Positions 10,900 to 21,384 are shown, counted from the stretch's first letter. The stretch is DNA of 64,000 nt from an uncultured Gemmatimonadaceae bacterium (GCA_963817955.1 CAWFQK010000004.1:128001-192000); one strand, 5' to 3'. Numbers and translations: made by a program. The notes: generated by a model from the sequence alone, not told the origin.

Positions 10900-11382
10900 G
10901 TGCGGGTAGCCATCTACGCCGGCAGCTTCGATCCACTTACGCGTGGACATGAAGATCTCATTCTGCGCAGCCTCGAGTTCGTCGATCGTCTGATCGTCGC
11001 CGTGGCCACCAATGTCGCGAAAGAACCACTGTTCACGATCGAGGAGCGTGTGTCGCTCATTCGTACGGCGGTGGGAAACGAGGCGCGGATCGACGTGAAG
11101 GGATTCACTGGTCTGCTGGTGGAATTCGCCAAGCAGGAAAGTGCGAACGTGCTCATTCGTGGACTGCGCGCCGTGAGTGATTTTGAATACGAGTACCAGA
11201 TGGCGCTGATGAACCGGCATCTGTTGCCGCGCCTGGAGACGGTCTTCATGGTGCCGTCTCTCGATACGACGTACATCAGCGCGAGTCTCGTGCGCGAAAT
11301 CGCCCGCTATGGCGGCGACGTCTCCGGTCTCGTGCACCCAGCGGTGGCCGAGGCCCTGCGAGCGAGGACCGCGAAGCCGTGA
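10900..11382 (+). CDS. coaD: Phosphopantetheine adenylyltransferase
   Basis: [12 protein letters not shown] and [15 protein letters not shown] start inferred at 10900. Confidence 0.96.
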   Translation: MRVAIYAGSFDPLTRGHEDLILRSLEFVDRLIVAVATNVAKEPLFTIEERVSLIRTAVGNEARIDVKGFTGLLVEFAKQESANVLIRGLRAVSDFEYEYQMALMNRHLLPRLETVFMVPSLDTTYISASLVREIARYGGDVSGLVHPAVAEALRARTAKP

Positions 11383-12392
11383 CGTTTCTCACCGACGTGC
11401 AGGTGCGTGCGGCGGCCGACGTTCGGCGCATTGTCTTTCCTGAGACGGCCGATGAGCGCACGATTGCCGCCGTCGCGGAACTGCGGCGCCGACAGATCGT
11501 CGAGCCGGTGCTCGTGCTCGACCCCACGGCGCCGCAGTCGCACGACGCCGTCCGTGCCCTGGGCGTGGAAGTTCGCGATCCAACGACCGATTCACTCGGA
11601 CCACGAGCCGCGGAGCGACTGTTCGCCGCGCGTGCGGGGAAGATCACAAAACAGCAGGCTGATGCCTTTCTCCACACCTCCTTGCCCTTCGCCGATGCCC
11701 TCGTAGCTGACGGGCAGGCGGACGGCTGCGTTGCTGGTGCCGTACACACCACCGGCGATGTCCTGCGTGCGGCCCTCTGGTTGGTCGGCCCGGGTGAGGG
11801 GGTGCGAACGGTATCGAGCGCGTTCTACATGGTGGTGCCGCCATTTCGCGGCACGATCGAGCCGGAGGTGCTTACGTTTACTGACTGCGCCGTCGTCCGG
11901 TATCCGGATGCCGAGCAGTTGGCGGACATCGCTATAGCGGCGGCCGGCGATCGACATCGGATCGTCGGCGATGAGCCGATCGTCGCGTTTCTGTCGTTCA
12001 GTACGCGTGGAAGCGCGGCAGGGCCGTCCGTCGAGTTGGTGCGTGAAGCCGTGGCGATGGTGCGGGCGAAAGCGCCTCACCTTGCTGTGGACGGAGAATT
12101 GCAAGGAGATGCAGCGCTCGCTAACGTCGTTGCCGCCCGGAAGGCGCCGGACAGCGCGGTAGCGGGCCGGGCGAATGTGCTGGTGTTCCCGTCGCTCGAT
12201 GCCGGGAATATTGCGTATAAGCTGGTACAGCGGCTCGCAGGCGCGAGTGCGGTCGGTCCGATCGTTCAGGGATTACGCCGGCCTTGCAGTGATCTCTCGC
12301 GCGGCGCCGATGTGGATGACATTATCAATGTGGCTGCCATCACGGCGCTCCAGGCCGCGGAAGCGCGGGTGGCAACGAACGAGTCCCGCTAG
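11379..12392 (+). CDS. pta: Phosphate acetyl/acyltransferase (short form)
   Basis: [31 protein letters not shown]. Confidence 0.88.
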   Translation: MTFLTDVQVRAAADVRRIVFPETADERTIAAVAELRRRQIVEPVLVLDPTAPQSHDAVRALGVEVRDPTTDSLGPRAAERLFAARAGKITKQQADAFLHTSLPFADALVADGQADGCVAGAVHTTGDVLRAALWLVGPGEGVRTVSSAFYMVVPPFRGTIEPEVLTFTDCAVVRYPDAEQLADIAIAAAGDRHRIVGDEPIVAFLSFSTRGSAAGPSVELVREAVAMVRAKAPHLAVDGELQGDAALANVVAARKAPDSAVAGRANVLVFPSLDAGNIAYKLVQRLAGASAVGPIVQGLRRPCSDLSRGADVDDIINVAAITALQAAEARVATNESR

Positions 12393-12403
12393 GAGAGTAC
12401 GAC

Positions 12404-12736
12404 ATGAGCTTCTCGATCAAGAAGGACGGAGAGGTCGTCGTGGTTGATGTGGAGGGTCAGCTCATCGTAGGCAATCGGCAGGAGCTGAAGCAAAAGGTGC
12501 TTGATGAGCTGGAGCGTGGGGAGAGAAAGTTCCTCATCGACTTCTCGCAGACCGGCTACATCGACAGTTCGGGGCTCGGCGTCCTCGTGTCGCTCTCGAA
12601 GAAGATTCGCGAGCAGGGCGGGGAACTTCGCCTGGCCAACCTCAATGACGATCTCAAGACGTTGTTTGAGCTGACAAAGCTCGATACCCTTTTCCAAATC
12701 GCTGACACGCGCGAGCGCGCGCTGCAGAGCTTCTGA
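12404..12736 (+). CDS. STAS-domain anti-sigma factor antagonist
   Basis: YIDSSGLGVL motif; AGGAG RBS. Confidence 0.93.
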   Translation: MSFSIKKDGEVVVVDVEGQLIVGNRQELKQKVLDELERGERKFLIDFSQTGYIDSSGLGVLVSLSKKIREQGGELRLANLNDDLKTLFELTKLDTLFQIADTRERALQSF

Positions 12737-12768
12737 CCGGCGCGTTCTTCGGCGCCACGTGACGTTTG

Positions 12769-12816
12769 CTCGTGGCTCGTGAGGCGTTGCATTCGCAACG
12801 CCTCACGAGCCACGAG
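12769..12816. repeat. Perfect 22-bp inverted repeat (4-nt loop)
   Basis: CTCGTGGCTCGTGAGGCGTTGC-attc-GCAACGCCTCACGAGCCACGAG. Confidence 0.9.
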
Positions 12817-12842
12817 TCACGAATACCGGCTATTATTCCCGC

Positions 12843-13295
12843 ATGAGTGCTGCTTTCGAGAACGAACGCTCCCACGACGATGTTCGGGTCGTCGAGGTGG
12901 ATATCCCCAGCGACGTTCGCTTCATCGAAAAGGTGGTCGAGCTGATCCGCCGCGAGTGTGTGATCATGGAGTTTGCGCAGCGCCAGATCACCCTCAACGT
13001 CCCCGTCGCGCTCGCGGAAGCGATCTCCAACGCGATTCTGCGTGGCAACGGCGATGACCCTGCCAAGTACGTGCACGTCAGTGCCCGCGTCGATGCCGAG
13101 CGCCTCGTCGTGGAAGTGGCAGACGAGGGCGGCGGCTTCGATCTCGATCGCGCGGAGGTTGACCCGACCACGCCAGAGAATATCGACCGTGAAGACGGCC
13201 GCGGGCTCTACCTCATGCGGAAGCTCATGGACCGCGTGGAGCGCGTCGATGCGCCGGGAGGCAGTGTCGTTCGCATGACGTTGAATCGCGAATGA
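12843..13295 (+). CDS. Anti-sigma factor / Ser kinase (RsbW/SpoIIAB-like)
   Basis: EAISNA, DEGGGFD, GRGLYLM GHKL motifs. Confidence 0.88.
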   Translation: MSAAFENERSHDDVRVVEVDIPSDVRFIEKVVELIRRECVIMEFAQRQITLNVPVALAEAISNAILRGNGDDPAKYVHVSARVDAERLVVEVADEGGGFDLDRAEVDPTTPENIDREDGRGLYLMRKLMDRVERVDAPGGSVVRMTLNRE

Positions 13296-14884
13296 ACGAT
13301 CTCGCGCGCGTCCTCGCCGCTTTCCAGGAAGCCACGCGCTGTGCAGCAGGCGTCTGGGTACAGCCGGCCGTGGGGGACACGCCGCCCGTGCGTGGCGCAT
13401 CCACCCCGAACGCGCCCACGCCCTCACGCTTTCCTTCGGTCGCCGAGGGTGCCCAAACGGTGCCTGCGACCACGGATGCCGTCCTCGTGGCTGCCGTTCC
13501 CGGACCGCGGCGTGCCTGGCTTGCTCTCGGCCCGTGCGAGCAATCGCACGTCGAGCTGTCCAGTTATATGGCGTTCCTTCTTCCCGTGGTCACGCAGTAC
13601 CTGCAATCGGCCCTCGAAGTGGAGCACGCGGCAAATGAGCTCGCGGAGCGCTATGAGGAGATCAATCTTCTCTACACGATCAGCGAGATCCTCGGTCGGA
13701 CCGTCGCCCTTGACGAGGCCATGCGGACGATCCTCGGCGAGGTGTCCGAGACGGTGGGTGCGCGCCGCGCGTCAGTGCTGGTGTTCGACCGCGGCACGAA
13801 TACGCTCAGGCCAGTCGCCGCACTCGGTGCCGACCTCGCGACGGTGCCGCCGATCAGCATCGACGATGGGTGCAGCGTGAGCGCGCGGGTCTACCGGACG
13901 CAGCACCCGATGCTCGCCGAACCGGACGAGATGCTCTGCCCTCAAGAGGCGACGTATCGCCGAGGCGCGATGCTCTCCGTGCCGATCATGTGGACGGCGC
14001 CGGCGCCCGGCGGCGCCGAGCCGCTGGGCGTCGTGAACCTGTCCGACCGTCGCTCGCCATTCACCGCCGGTGATCAGAAGCTGATCGCCGCCATTGCGAC
14101 GCAGATCGGAACCGCCATTCAGAATACGCGCCTCGTCCGGGCCTCCGTCGAGCAACAGCGCCTCGCGCACGAAATGCAGCTCGCCCACGATCTGCAAATG
14201 AAGCTGCTGCCGAACAACACCATCGTCTCGCCGCAAGCCACGGTCGCCGCGCGCGTCGTGCCCGCGGAGAGCGTCGGTGGCGACTTCTATAATCTCTTCC
14301 GCCTCCCCGACGCCAAGACCGGTGTGATGATCGGCGACGTGTCGGGACACGGCTACCAGGCGGCGCTGATCATGGCGTTGACGATGAGCGCCTCGGCGAT
14401 TCATTCTCAGTCGACCAACGATCCCGGCGAGATGCTCCACGCGCTCATGTCCACGCTGCGCGAAGAGCTCACGATGACCGAGATGTTCATCTCCGCGTTC
14501 TACGCCGTGGTTGACCCGGCGCGTGGCGAGCTGCGCTACGCGAATACGGGACATCCGCACGCGTTTCTGCTCACCGAGGGGCGCGACTTCGAGCGGCTCG
14601 CGGCGAGCGACCCGCCACTCGGCATGGACGAGCGCCAGCCGGTCACCGCTCGGCGTACATGGCAGGTCGGGCACGATCTGCTCGTCCTGTTCACTGACGG
14701 CGTGAGCGACGCGCGCAATCGCGCGGGTGTGCGTCTGGGCGAAGAACGCGTGCTCGAGACCATTCGTGCGCATCGAAATGCGGCACCCGCCGAGATCCTC
14801 GATCGGCTCTTCGAAGTGATCGAGTCGCACACGACCGGCGCGCCGCTTCGAGACGATCTCACCATCGTTCTGATGCGGAGCTGA
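13292..14884 (+). CDS. GAF-domain SpoIIE/RsbU-family PP2C phosphatase
   Basis: GGDFY, GDVSGHG, FTDGV, DDLT motifs after a GAF domain. Confidence 0.92.
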   Translation: MNDLARVLAAFQEATRCAAGVWVQPAVGDTPPVRGASTPNAPTPSRFPSVAEGAQTVPATTDAVLVAAVPGPRRAWLALGPCEQSHVELSSYMAFLLPVVTQYLQSALEVEHAANELAERYEEINLLYTISEILGRTVALDEAMRTILGEVSETVGARRASVLVFDRGTNTLRPVAALGADLATVPPISIDDGCSVSARVYRTQHPMLAEPDEMLCPQEATYRRGAMLSVPIMWTAPAPGGAEPLGVVNLSDRRSPFTAGDQKLIAAIATQIGTAIQNTRLVRASVEQQRLAHEMQLAHDLQMKLLPNNTIVSPQATVAARVVPAESVGGDFYNLFRLPDAKTGVMIGDVSGHGYQAALIMALTMSASAIHSQSTNDPGEMLHALMSTLREELTMTEMFISAFYAVVDPARGELRYANTGHPHAFLLTEGRDFERLAASDPPLGMDERQPVTARRTWQVGHDLLVLFTDGVSDARNRAGVRLGEERVLETIRAHRNAAPAEILDRLFEVIESHTTGAPLRDDLTIVLMRS

Positions 14885-14890
14885 TCGCGC

Positions 14891-15709
14891 ATGAGTGCAC
14901 CGCGTAACGACCGCCCGCCGCGCGGGCTTCCGCCCATTCGCAAGAGCCTCGGCCAGCATTTTCTCAACGATCGCCGCATTCTCCAGCGGATCGTGGATGC
15001 GCTCGAGCTCACGGGGCAAGAAACGGTCATCGAGATCGGACCAGGGCGGGGCAGCCTCAGCGCGCTGCTCGCGCCGCATGCGCGTCGACTGGTCCTGATC
15101 GAGTACGATCGCGCGCTCGCCGCAAGACTACGCGTCACATACGCCGACACGCCGTCCGTCGAGATTCTGGAAGCCGATGTGTTGACTGTGAACCTGAGCC
15201 AGGCGGCCGGCGGCCCGTTCCGGCTCGTGGGGAACGTCCCGTACTACATCACCACGCCAATCCTCTTCCACGCGCTCGAACGCCCCCGTCCGGATCGCGC
15301 AGTGTACCTCGTGCAGCGGGAGGTAGCGGATCGCATCGTAGCGCCTCCCGGCTCGGAGGCGTACGGCGCGCTCTCGGTAAACGTGCAAGCCGTGGCCAAG
15401 CCGACGCATCTCTTCCGCGTGGCGCCGGGCTCGTTTCAGCCGCCGCCACGAGTGGAGAGCGCCGTGCTGAGCATCGAATCGCGCCCCGACCCCGCGATCA
15501 CGCCGGACGAGGAGGCGACCTTCCGGCGTTTTGTCCTCGATGCGTTCGGAATGCGTCGCAAGCAGCTGCGACGAGTTCTGCGAAGCTTGTGGCTGCTCTC
15601 GGCCGAGCAGGCAGATACGATCTTGTCTCGCGCCGGCATCGACCCTATCGCACGGCCGGAAACGCTATCGCCTGAGGATTTCGCACGGCTGATGCGGAGC
15701 AGGGCGTAG
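14891..15709 (+). CDS. rsmA: 16S rRNA dimethyladenosine transferase
   Basis: KSLGQHFL, EIGPGRG, GNVPYYITT. Confidence 0.96.
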   Translation: MSAPRNDRPPRGLPPIRKSLGQHFLNDRRILQRIVDALELTGQETVIEIGPGRGSLSALLAPHARRLVLIEYDRALAARLRVTYADTPSVEILEADVLTVNLSQAAGGPFRLVGNVPYYITTPILFHALERPRPDRAVYLVQREVADRIVAPPGSEAYGALSVNVQAVAKPTHLFRVAPGSFQPPPRVESAVLSIESRPDPAITPDEEATFRRFVLDAFGMRRKQLRRVLRSLWLLSAEQADTILSRAGIDPIARPETLSPEDFARLMRSRA

Positions 15710-15723
15710 CAACCCGCAGCTGC

Positions 15724-16347
15724 TCAGGATCGATTCGTGAGCGCGAAGCTGAGTCCTTCGAGCTCCATCGCCATATTCACGCTTTTCACGGTCACATCGG
15801 CGGGCGCGTGAAGCAGCGTTGGGGCGAAATTGAGAATTGCCTTGATCCCCGCGACGACGATGCGGTCCACGACACGCTGTGCTTCTTCGCCCGGAACAGT
15901 GAGGACAACGATATCCGGTTTCTCGCGCTGGAAGTCCTTCTCCAGTTGCTCGATGTCACGCACCGGGATGCCTGCGAGCGTGCGTCCGACCTTGTCCGAA
16001 TTGATGTCGTAGGCCGCGAGGATCGTGAACCCCCGCTGGCGGAAGCCCCGATATTGCGCAAGGGCGGCGCCGATCTTTCCTGCCCCAATGATTACGACGC
16101 GCCACTCGTGCCCGAGGCCGAGGATCTCGCGCAAGCGATTGGCGAGCTCGGGTACTGAATACCCCAAACCACGTTTGCCAAAGGAACCAAAAAAAGACAG
16201 ATCCTTTCGGACCTGGGCCGACGTCGTTCCACCCTGATGCGCCAGTTCATCGCTCGATATGGTCTCCAATCCTCGGTGCTCGAAATCCTCCAGGAACCGG
16301 AGGTAGGCCGACAGCCGACGAACGGTCGAGTCTGCAATATGTTTCAC
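15724..16347 (-). CDS. rex: Redox-sensing transcriptional repressor Rex
   Basis: RRLSAY, QVRKDLSFFGSFGKRGLGY, GAGKIG, ILNFAP. Confidence 0.96.
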   Translation of the reverse strand: MKHIADSTVRRLSAYLRFLEDFEHRGLETISSDELAHQGGTTSAQVRKDLSFFGSFGKRGLGYSVPELANRLREILGLGHEWRVVIIGAGKIGAALAQYRGFRQRGFTILAAYDINSDKVGRTLAGIPVRDIEQLEKDFQREKPDIVVLTVPGEEAQRVVDRIVVAGIKAILNFAPTLLHAPADVTVKSVNMAMELEGLSFALTNRS

Positions 16348-16360
16348 GGGAGACAGGGGC

Positions 16361-16378
16361 TTGTGAATTCATTCACAA
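16361..16378. promoter_or_regulatory. Rex operator
   Basis: TTGTGAA-ttca-TTCACAA, an exact match to the established Rex consensus, 13 bp upstream of the rex start. Confidence 0.9.
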
Positions 16379-16434
16379 GTTAAGGGAGCTCCTCTGCCTG
16401 CACCAGCCGCTCCGGGGCTGCTAGCTTAGGCCCC

Positions 16435-17670
16435 ATGCCCGTCCACGTCTCCTCCGAAATCGGCCGTTTGCGCGCCGTGCTCGTGCACTCGCCCGGACCG
16501 GAACTACTTGCTGTTACTCCGAGCAATCGCGCGGATTACCTGTACGATGACATCATCGAGGCCGAGGCGGCCCAGCGTGAGCATCGCCGCCTGATCGCCA
16601 TTCTGGAGCGATTCACGACTGTCTACCAGGTCCGCTCGCTGCTCACCGACATCCTCGCCAATGCCGAGTCCCGCGACCTGCTGATTCGGGAGACGATGGA
16701 CATCGTCCCGTCGGAGCCGCTGGCGCGGGACATCAGCGAGCTGGACGCAGCCGCGCTCGTTCGCATGCTGATCGAGGGACGCGAGGAGCCGCCTGGCCCG
16801 ATCGCCAAAGCGCTCAACGAGCCAGGATACGTGCTGCCCCCGCTGCCGAACATGTTCTTTACGCGCGACAGCTGCATCGTGGCCGGCGATCATGTGCTCG
16901 TTGGATCCATGCGGTATGCCATCCGCTGGACCGAAGCAATCATCATGAAGGCGCTGTTCACGCACCACGCCGATCTCGCCAACGCCGGGATTCTGTATGA
17001 CGGCGCCTCCGAACGGCGCGTCAACTACACGGTGGAAGGCGGAGACGTCCATCCATTGCGGCGCGACTTGGTGGTCATCGGGTTCAGCGAGCGCTCGAGT
17101 CCGGCAGCGATCGACCAGCTGGCGTCGATCTTCTTTGAACGGACCGAAGTGCGCGACGTGATCGTCGTCGTCATGCCGAAGGAAAACACGGCGATTCATC
17201 TGGATATGATCTTCACACAGATCGACCGCGAGCTCTGCGCGGTGTTTCCTCCGCACTTCATCGGGCCGGAGCGGCTGCCCGTGTTGCACTACCGCAAGGG
17301 CGAGCACACGATCTACGAACGGGCGAGTATCTTCGCCGCGCTCGCCGCGTGCGACATGCCCATCGAGCCAGTGTTCTGCGGCGGGGAGCGCCGGACGATT
17401 CAGGAACGCGAGCAGTGGGCCTCGGGCTGCAACTTCGTGGCGATGCGGCCCGGCGTGATTCTGTCGTACCAGCGCAACGAAGTAACCCTCCACGAGCTGC
17501 AGCGCATGGGATTCCGCCTCGTGAGCGGTACGGCATTTCTCACCGGCGAGGAGCGTGTGGTGGAAGGAGAGCGCACAGTCATTACGTTTGAGGGATCGGA
17601 GCTCGTGCGAGGCGGCGGTGGCCCGCGCTGCATGACGATGCCGATTCGCCGCGACGATCCCTGGTCCTGA
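16435..17670 (+). CDS. arcA: Arginine deiminase family protein
   Basis: SEIGRL, PNMFFTRD, EGGD, HLD, ELVRGGGGPRCMT. Confidence 0.9.
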   Translation: MPVHVSSEIGRLRAVLVHSPGPELLAVTPSNRADYLYDDIIEAEAAQREHRRLIAILERFTTVYQVRSLLTDILANAESRDLLIRETMDIVPSEPLARDISELDAAALVRMLIEGREEPPGPIAKALNEPGYVLPPLPNMFFTRDSCIVAGDHVLVGSMRYAIRWTEAIIMKALFTHHADLANAGILYDGASERRVNYTVEGGDVHPLRRDLVVIGFSERSSPAAIDQLASIFFERTEVRDVIVVVMPKENTAIHLDMIFTQIDRELCAVFPPHFIGPERLPVLHYRKGEHTIYERASIFAALAACDMPIEPVFCGGERRTIQEREQWASGCNFVAMRPGVILSYQRNEVTLHELQRMGFRLVSGTAFLTGEERVVEGERTVITFEGSELVRGGGGPRCMTMPIRRDDPWS

Positions 17671-17683
17671 CGCCTGACGCTCG

Positions 17684-18580
17684 ATGTCTGCTGGTCTCAC
17701 ACTCGGCGCCCCTGACACGCTGCTCACCGACCGCGCGGCCGACTATCTCGCCGCCGGTCCGGCCGACGCCCAGTCGCTGATCTCGCACGTGTGCCAGCTG
17801 CCCGGTGCGCCGCGCCACGTGGCGGAGCACATGGCCGCCGCGTTGTTTGCCGGCCATCGCCGTTTCTCGCGAGACATCGACGGTCGGTGGCGGCTTCGTG
17901 AATTGTCGGCGCCGATCGAGTGCTCGGTTGCCGCGATCACCGAGCTGCAGAGGCAATCGTTCGTCGTCGTCGACGTGGAGACCACGGGTATGCGGGCGGA
18001 TGGCGGCGATCGCATCACCGAAATTGCCGTGGTGCTCGTGCGCGACGGAGTGGTGACGCCGATATTCGACTCGCTGATCAACCCTGAGCGCGCCATCCCT
18101 CCGGCGATCACGGCGATCACGAGCATCACCTGGGAAATGGTGAAGGACGCGCCGCGATTCGGCGACATCTGCGATCAGCTGCTTGGCGCACTCGAGGGGC
18201 ACATTTTCGTTGCGCACAACGCCAGCTTCGACTGGCGCTTCGTTTCGGCGGAGGTTGCGCGTGCGACGCGCCGGCAGTTGCAGGGGCGAACGCTCTGCAC
18301 AGTGCGCATGGCGCGCAAGCTCGTCCCGCAGCTACGCCGCCGGAATCTGGATTCCGTCACGACCTTCTTTGGCATCGAGATCCAGGGCCGCCACCGCGCC
18401 GGCGGCGATGCCGTTGCTACCGCGCACGTGCTCTTGCGTTTGCTCGACGCCGCGCGCGAGCGCGGCTGCACCACGTACGAGGACATCGACCAGCTCCTCA
18501 GCGGTGCGGCGGCACGCCAGAGGCGTCCTCGGCGTGCTCCCGCCCTTCCGCACTCGGCAACCGACGACGCGACGGCATGA
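17684..18580 (+). CDS. DEDDh 3'-5' exonuclease (DnaQ/epsilon-like)
   Basis: DVETTG, AHNASFD, HRAGGD. Confidence 0.9.
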   Translation: MSAGLTLGAPDTLLTDRAADYLAAGPADAQSLISHVCQLPGAPRHVAEHMAAALFAGHRRFSRDIDGRWRLRELSAPIECSVAAITELQRQSFVVVDVETTGMRADGGDRITEIAVVLVRDGVVTPIFDSLINPERAIPPAITAITSITWEMVKDAPRFGDICDQLLGALEGHIFVAHNASFDWRFVSAEVARATRRQLQGRTLCTVRMARKLVPQLRRRNLDSVTTFFGIEIQGRHRAGGDAVATAHVLLRLLDAARERGCTTYEDIDQLLSGAAARQRRPRRAPALPHSATDDATA

Positions 18581-19455
18581 CACCAGTTCCCAAGCCTCTC
18601 GTAGAAACGCGGCAGCTCGGACGCTGGCGCATACACGCCATCCAGGCAGGCGGCCAGAAGCTCGACGGCGGCGCGATGTTCGGCGTCGTGCCGAAGCCGC
18701 TCTGGGAACGCCGCATCCAGGCCGACGAACGCAATCGTATTCAGCTCGGAATGCGTTGCCTGCTCATCGAGCACGACATCGGTCCCATTCTCATCGACAC
18801 CGGCGCAGGCAACAAGGAGTCGGCGAAGTTCTACGAGATCTATGGCGTCGAGAACGCTGGATCTCCCGGGCCGACGGCGCTCGAAGATGGGTTGCGGCAG
18901 GCGGGGTTCACGCCCGATGACATCGTGCTGGTGATCAACAGCCACCTGCATTTCGATCACGCCGGCGGCAACACGTTCAGGAACAGTTCGGGCGACGTGC
19001 GGCCCACGTTCTCCAACGCGAAGTACGTGATGCAACGCGGCGAATACGAGTATGCCACGCACACGAACGAACGAACGGGCGCCAGCTACTTCCCGCACAA
19101 CTTCGTACCACTGCAGGAAGCAGGCATGGTAGAGTTCCTCGATGGTGAACGTGAGATCGTGCCAGGCATTCGTGGCATACCCACTCCCGGGCACACGCCG
19201 CACCATCAGGGACTTCTCATCGAGTCTGACGGGGAACGGGCGTTCTACGTTGCCGATCTCGTGCCGACGACGGCGCATCTTCCCCTGCCGTGGATCATGG
19301 GCTACGACGTGGAGCCGCTGGTGACGCTGGAGACGAAGCGGCGGATTCTTGGTCGCGCATTGGCCGAGGATTGGTTGATGGTGTTCGAGCACGACGCCAC
19401 CACCCCGTGGGCGAAGATTGCCAACGACGGAAAGGCCTACGGTCCGCGCAAATAG
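18577..19455 (+). CDS. MBL-fold metallo-hydrolase (YtnP-like)
   Basis: LDGGAMFGVVPK, HLHFDHAGG, PGHT. Confidence 0.92.
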   Translation: MTPVPKPLVETRQLGRWRIHAIQAGGQKLDGGAMFGVVPKPLWERRIQADERNRIQLGMRCLLIEHDIGPILIDTGAGNKESAKFYEIYGVENAGSPGPTALEDGLRQAGFTPDDIVLVINSHLHFDHAGGNTFRNSSGDVRPTFSNAKYVMQRGEYEYATHTNERTGASYFPHNFVPLQEAGMVEFLDGEREIVPGIRGIPTPGHTPHHQGLLIESDGERAFYVADLVPTTAHLPLPWIMGYDVEPLVTLETKRRILGRALAEDWLMVFEHDATTPWAKIANDGKAYGPRK

Positions 19456-19465
19456 CGGCGGCGAA

Positions 19466-20644
19466 TTGCCCGCTGGATGGTGGATCGATGCTCTCCGCTC
19501 ACCGGACGGCGCGCGGATACTCGACGAGTTGGCGCGCGAGCCACTGACCCGCGAGAGCGAAATCCGACGCATCACTCAGCTTCGCGACCGATATCCCGTC
19601 GAGTTGGTGACGGCGGCCTTGGAGTTGGCGCGGTTGCGCGCACGTGCCGCGCCGAAGTTCACGCGCGCAGACACGATGTGGTTCACGCAGGCGGGACTCG
19701 AACAAGCGTCGTCCGAGCGCATGGCGCGGCATCACGCGCGCCGTTACGCCTCGTTCGAACGGATCGCTGATCTCTGCAGCGGTATCGGCGGCGACTTGAT
19801 CGGGCTCGCGGCCGATCGCCAAGTCGTCGCCGTGGACATGGATCCCGTCCACATCCGCCTCGCGGTGTTGAACGCCGAGGCAAACGCCGTATTGCATCAG
19901 GTCAGCACGGTCTGCGCCGACGTACGAGACGTCGATCTCCGAAACGTGTCGGCCGCGTTCATCGATCCGGCGCGGCGGTCTTCCGACCGCCGCTTTCGCG
20001 CGGGAACGAGCAACCCGCCTCTGAACTGGTGCTTCGCGCTGGCCGATCGAGGCACCGCCGTGGGCATCAAGGCGGCTCCTGGGTTGCCACTCGATCTCGT
20101 GCCGGCGGGGTGGGAACTGGAATTCGTGTCGGAGGATCGCGAGCTCAAGGAGTCAGCGCTCTGGTCGCCCACTCTGGCCACTACGCAGCGCCGCGCCACG
20201 ATCCTTCCCGGCGGTGAAACGCTGCAAACGGGCGACGCAATCGCGGATATCTGTGTGGACGCACCCGGGCGTTATCTGCTCGACGTGGACCCGGCAGTCA
20301 CGCGCGCTGGCCTGGTGGATGAGCTCGCGACGGTACTCGGCGATTGTTGGAAGATCGATCCACAAATCGGATTTCTGTCGTCCGATCGCGAACTCGTGAC
20401 GCCCTTCGGACGAACCCTCCGCGTGGAGGCGTCCGAGGCTTGGAGCCTGAGCCGGCTGCGGACCGCGCTGAGGACGTTGAATGTTGGGACGGTCGACATT
20501 CGGAAGCGTGGCTCAGCGGTAGACGTTGACGATCTGCAGCGACGCCTCAAACTGACGGGGACTCGTCGCGCGATTGCGGTACTCACGCGCGTGTCTGACA
20601 AACCATGGATGCTCGTGTGCAGTGAGCTGTCGAGCCGGACTTGA
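19466..20644 (+). CDS. Class I SAM methyltransferase with C-terminal THUMP-like domain
   Basis: LEQAS, DLCSGIGGD, DPARR, KAAPG; TTG start uncertain. Confidence 0.8.
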   Translation: MPAGWWIDALRSPDGARILDELAREPLTRESEIRRITQLRDRYPVELVTAALELARLRARAAPKFTRADTMWFTQAGLEQASSERMARHHARRYASFERIADLCSGIGGDLIGLAADRQVVAVDMDPVHIRLAVLNAEANAVLHQVSTVCADVRDVDLRNVSAAFIDPARRSSDRRFRAGTSNPPLNWCFALADRGTAVGIKAAPGLPLDLVPAGWELEFVSEDRELKESALWSPTLATTQRRATILPGGETLQTGDAIADICVDAPGRYLLDVDPAVTRAGLVDELATVLGDCWKIDPQIGFLSSDRELVTPFGRTLRVEASEAWSLSRLRTALRTLNVGTVDIRKRGSAVDVDDLQRRLKLTGTRRAIAVLTRVSDKPWMLVCSELSSRT

Positions 20645-20669
20645 CCTAAATTACGGTTCGGTCTAGGTT
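20641..20669 (+). promoter_or_regulatory. Sigma70-type promoter of infC-rpmI-rplT
   Basis: TTGACC-17 bp-TAGGTT. Confidence 0.7.
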
Positions 20670-20674
20670 TAGCA

Positions 20675-20830
20675 GACAACTCGGAAAGTGGACCGTCGTA
20701 GGTCCCACCCTCTGGCCCTCGCGTATGTCGTGAGGTGTGCTGCAGGAGTTCACGATTCAGCCGATCGTCCGCCATGTGCGGAGGAGCGGCCGCATGCGCG
20801 GACTCTGTCACAGGATCCGCGTTTTTTTTG
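20675..20830 (+). promoter_or_regulatory. Structured infC leader with attenuator-like terminator (putative L20-responsive leader)
   Basis: Hairpin GTGGACC-gtcgta-GGTCCCAC, then stem CGCGGA...TCCGCG followed by T8 at 20797-20829. Confidence 0.55.
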
Positions 20831-20855
20831 TTTTCTCTCTTTGAGGACTTTCGGT

Positions 20856-21374
20856 ATTCAGGACACAACGAAGCGTGTGCGAGTCAACCGTCAGATTCGC
20901 ATTAGCCCGGTCCGCGTGATCGGCTCGGACGGATCGCAGCTCGGCATTCTCGAAGTAGACGTCGCGCTGCGCATGGCGGAAGAGCAAGGGCTGGATCTGG
21001 TCGAAGTCGCTGCGACGGCTCGCCCGCCTGTTGTTCGCATCATGGACTACGGCAAGTACAAGTTCGAGATGGCGAAGCAGGCGCGGCAGGCGAAAAAGAA
21101 GCAGCATGTGATCGAGCTCAAGGAGGTCAAGTACCGTCCCGGGATCGACGATCACGATTTCGACACGAAGACTCGGCACGCGCGGCGGTTCTTGGAAGAG
21201 AAGAACAAAGTGAAAGTGACGATGATGTTCCGCGGCCGTCAGGTGGCGCACCCCGAGCTCGGACAGGCGGTGCTCACGCGAGTGGCGACGGCGCTGGCCG
21301 ACATTGGGAAAATTGAGAGCTCGGGAAGACTGGAAGGCAAGTCGATCACCATGATTCTCGCGCCGAAATCTTGA
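20856..21374 (+). CDS. infC: Translation initiation factor IF-3 with ATT start codon
   Basis: GAGGA SD then in-frame [24 protein letters not shown]. Confidence 0.96.
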   Translation: MQDTTKRVRVNRQIRISPVRVIGSDGSQLGILEVDVALRMAEEQGLDLVEVAATARPPVVRIMDYGKYKFEMAKQARQAKKKQHVIELKEVKYRPGIDDHDFDTKTRHARRFLEEKNKVKVTMMFRGRQVAHPELGQAVLTRVATALADIGKIESSGRLEGKSITMILAPKS

Positions 21375-21384
21375 GGATGTTCAG

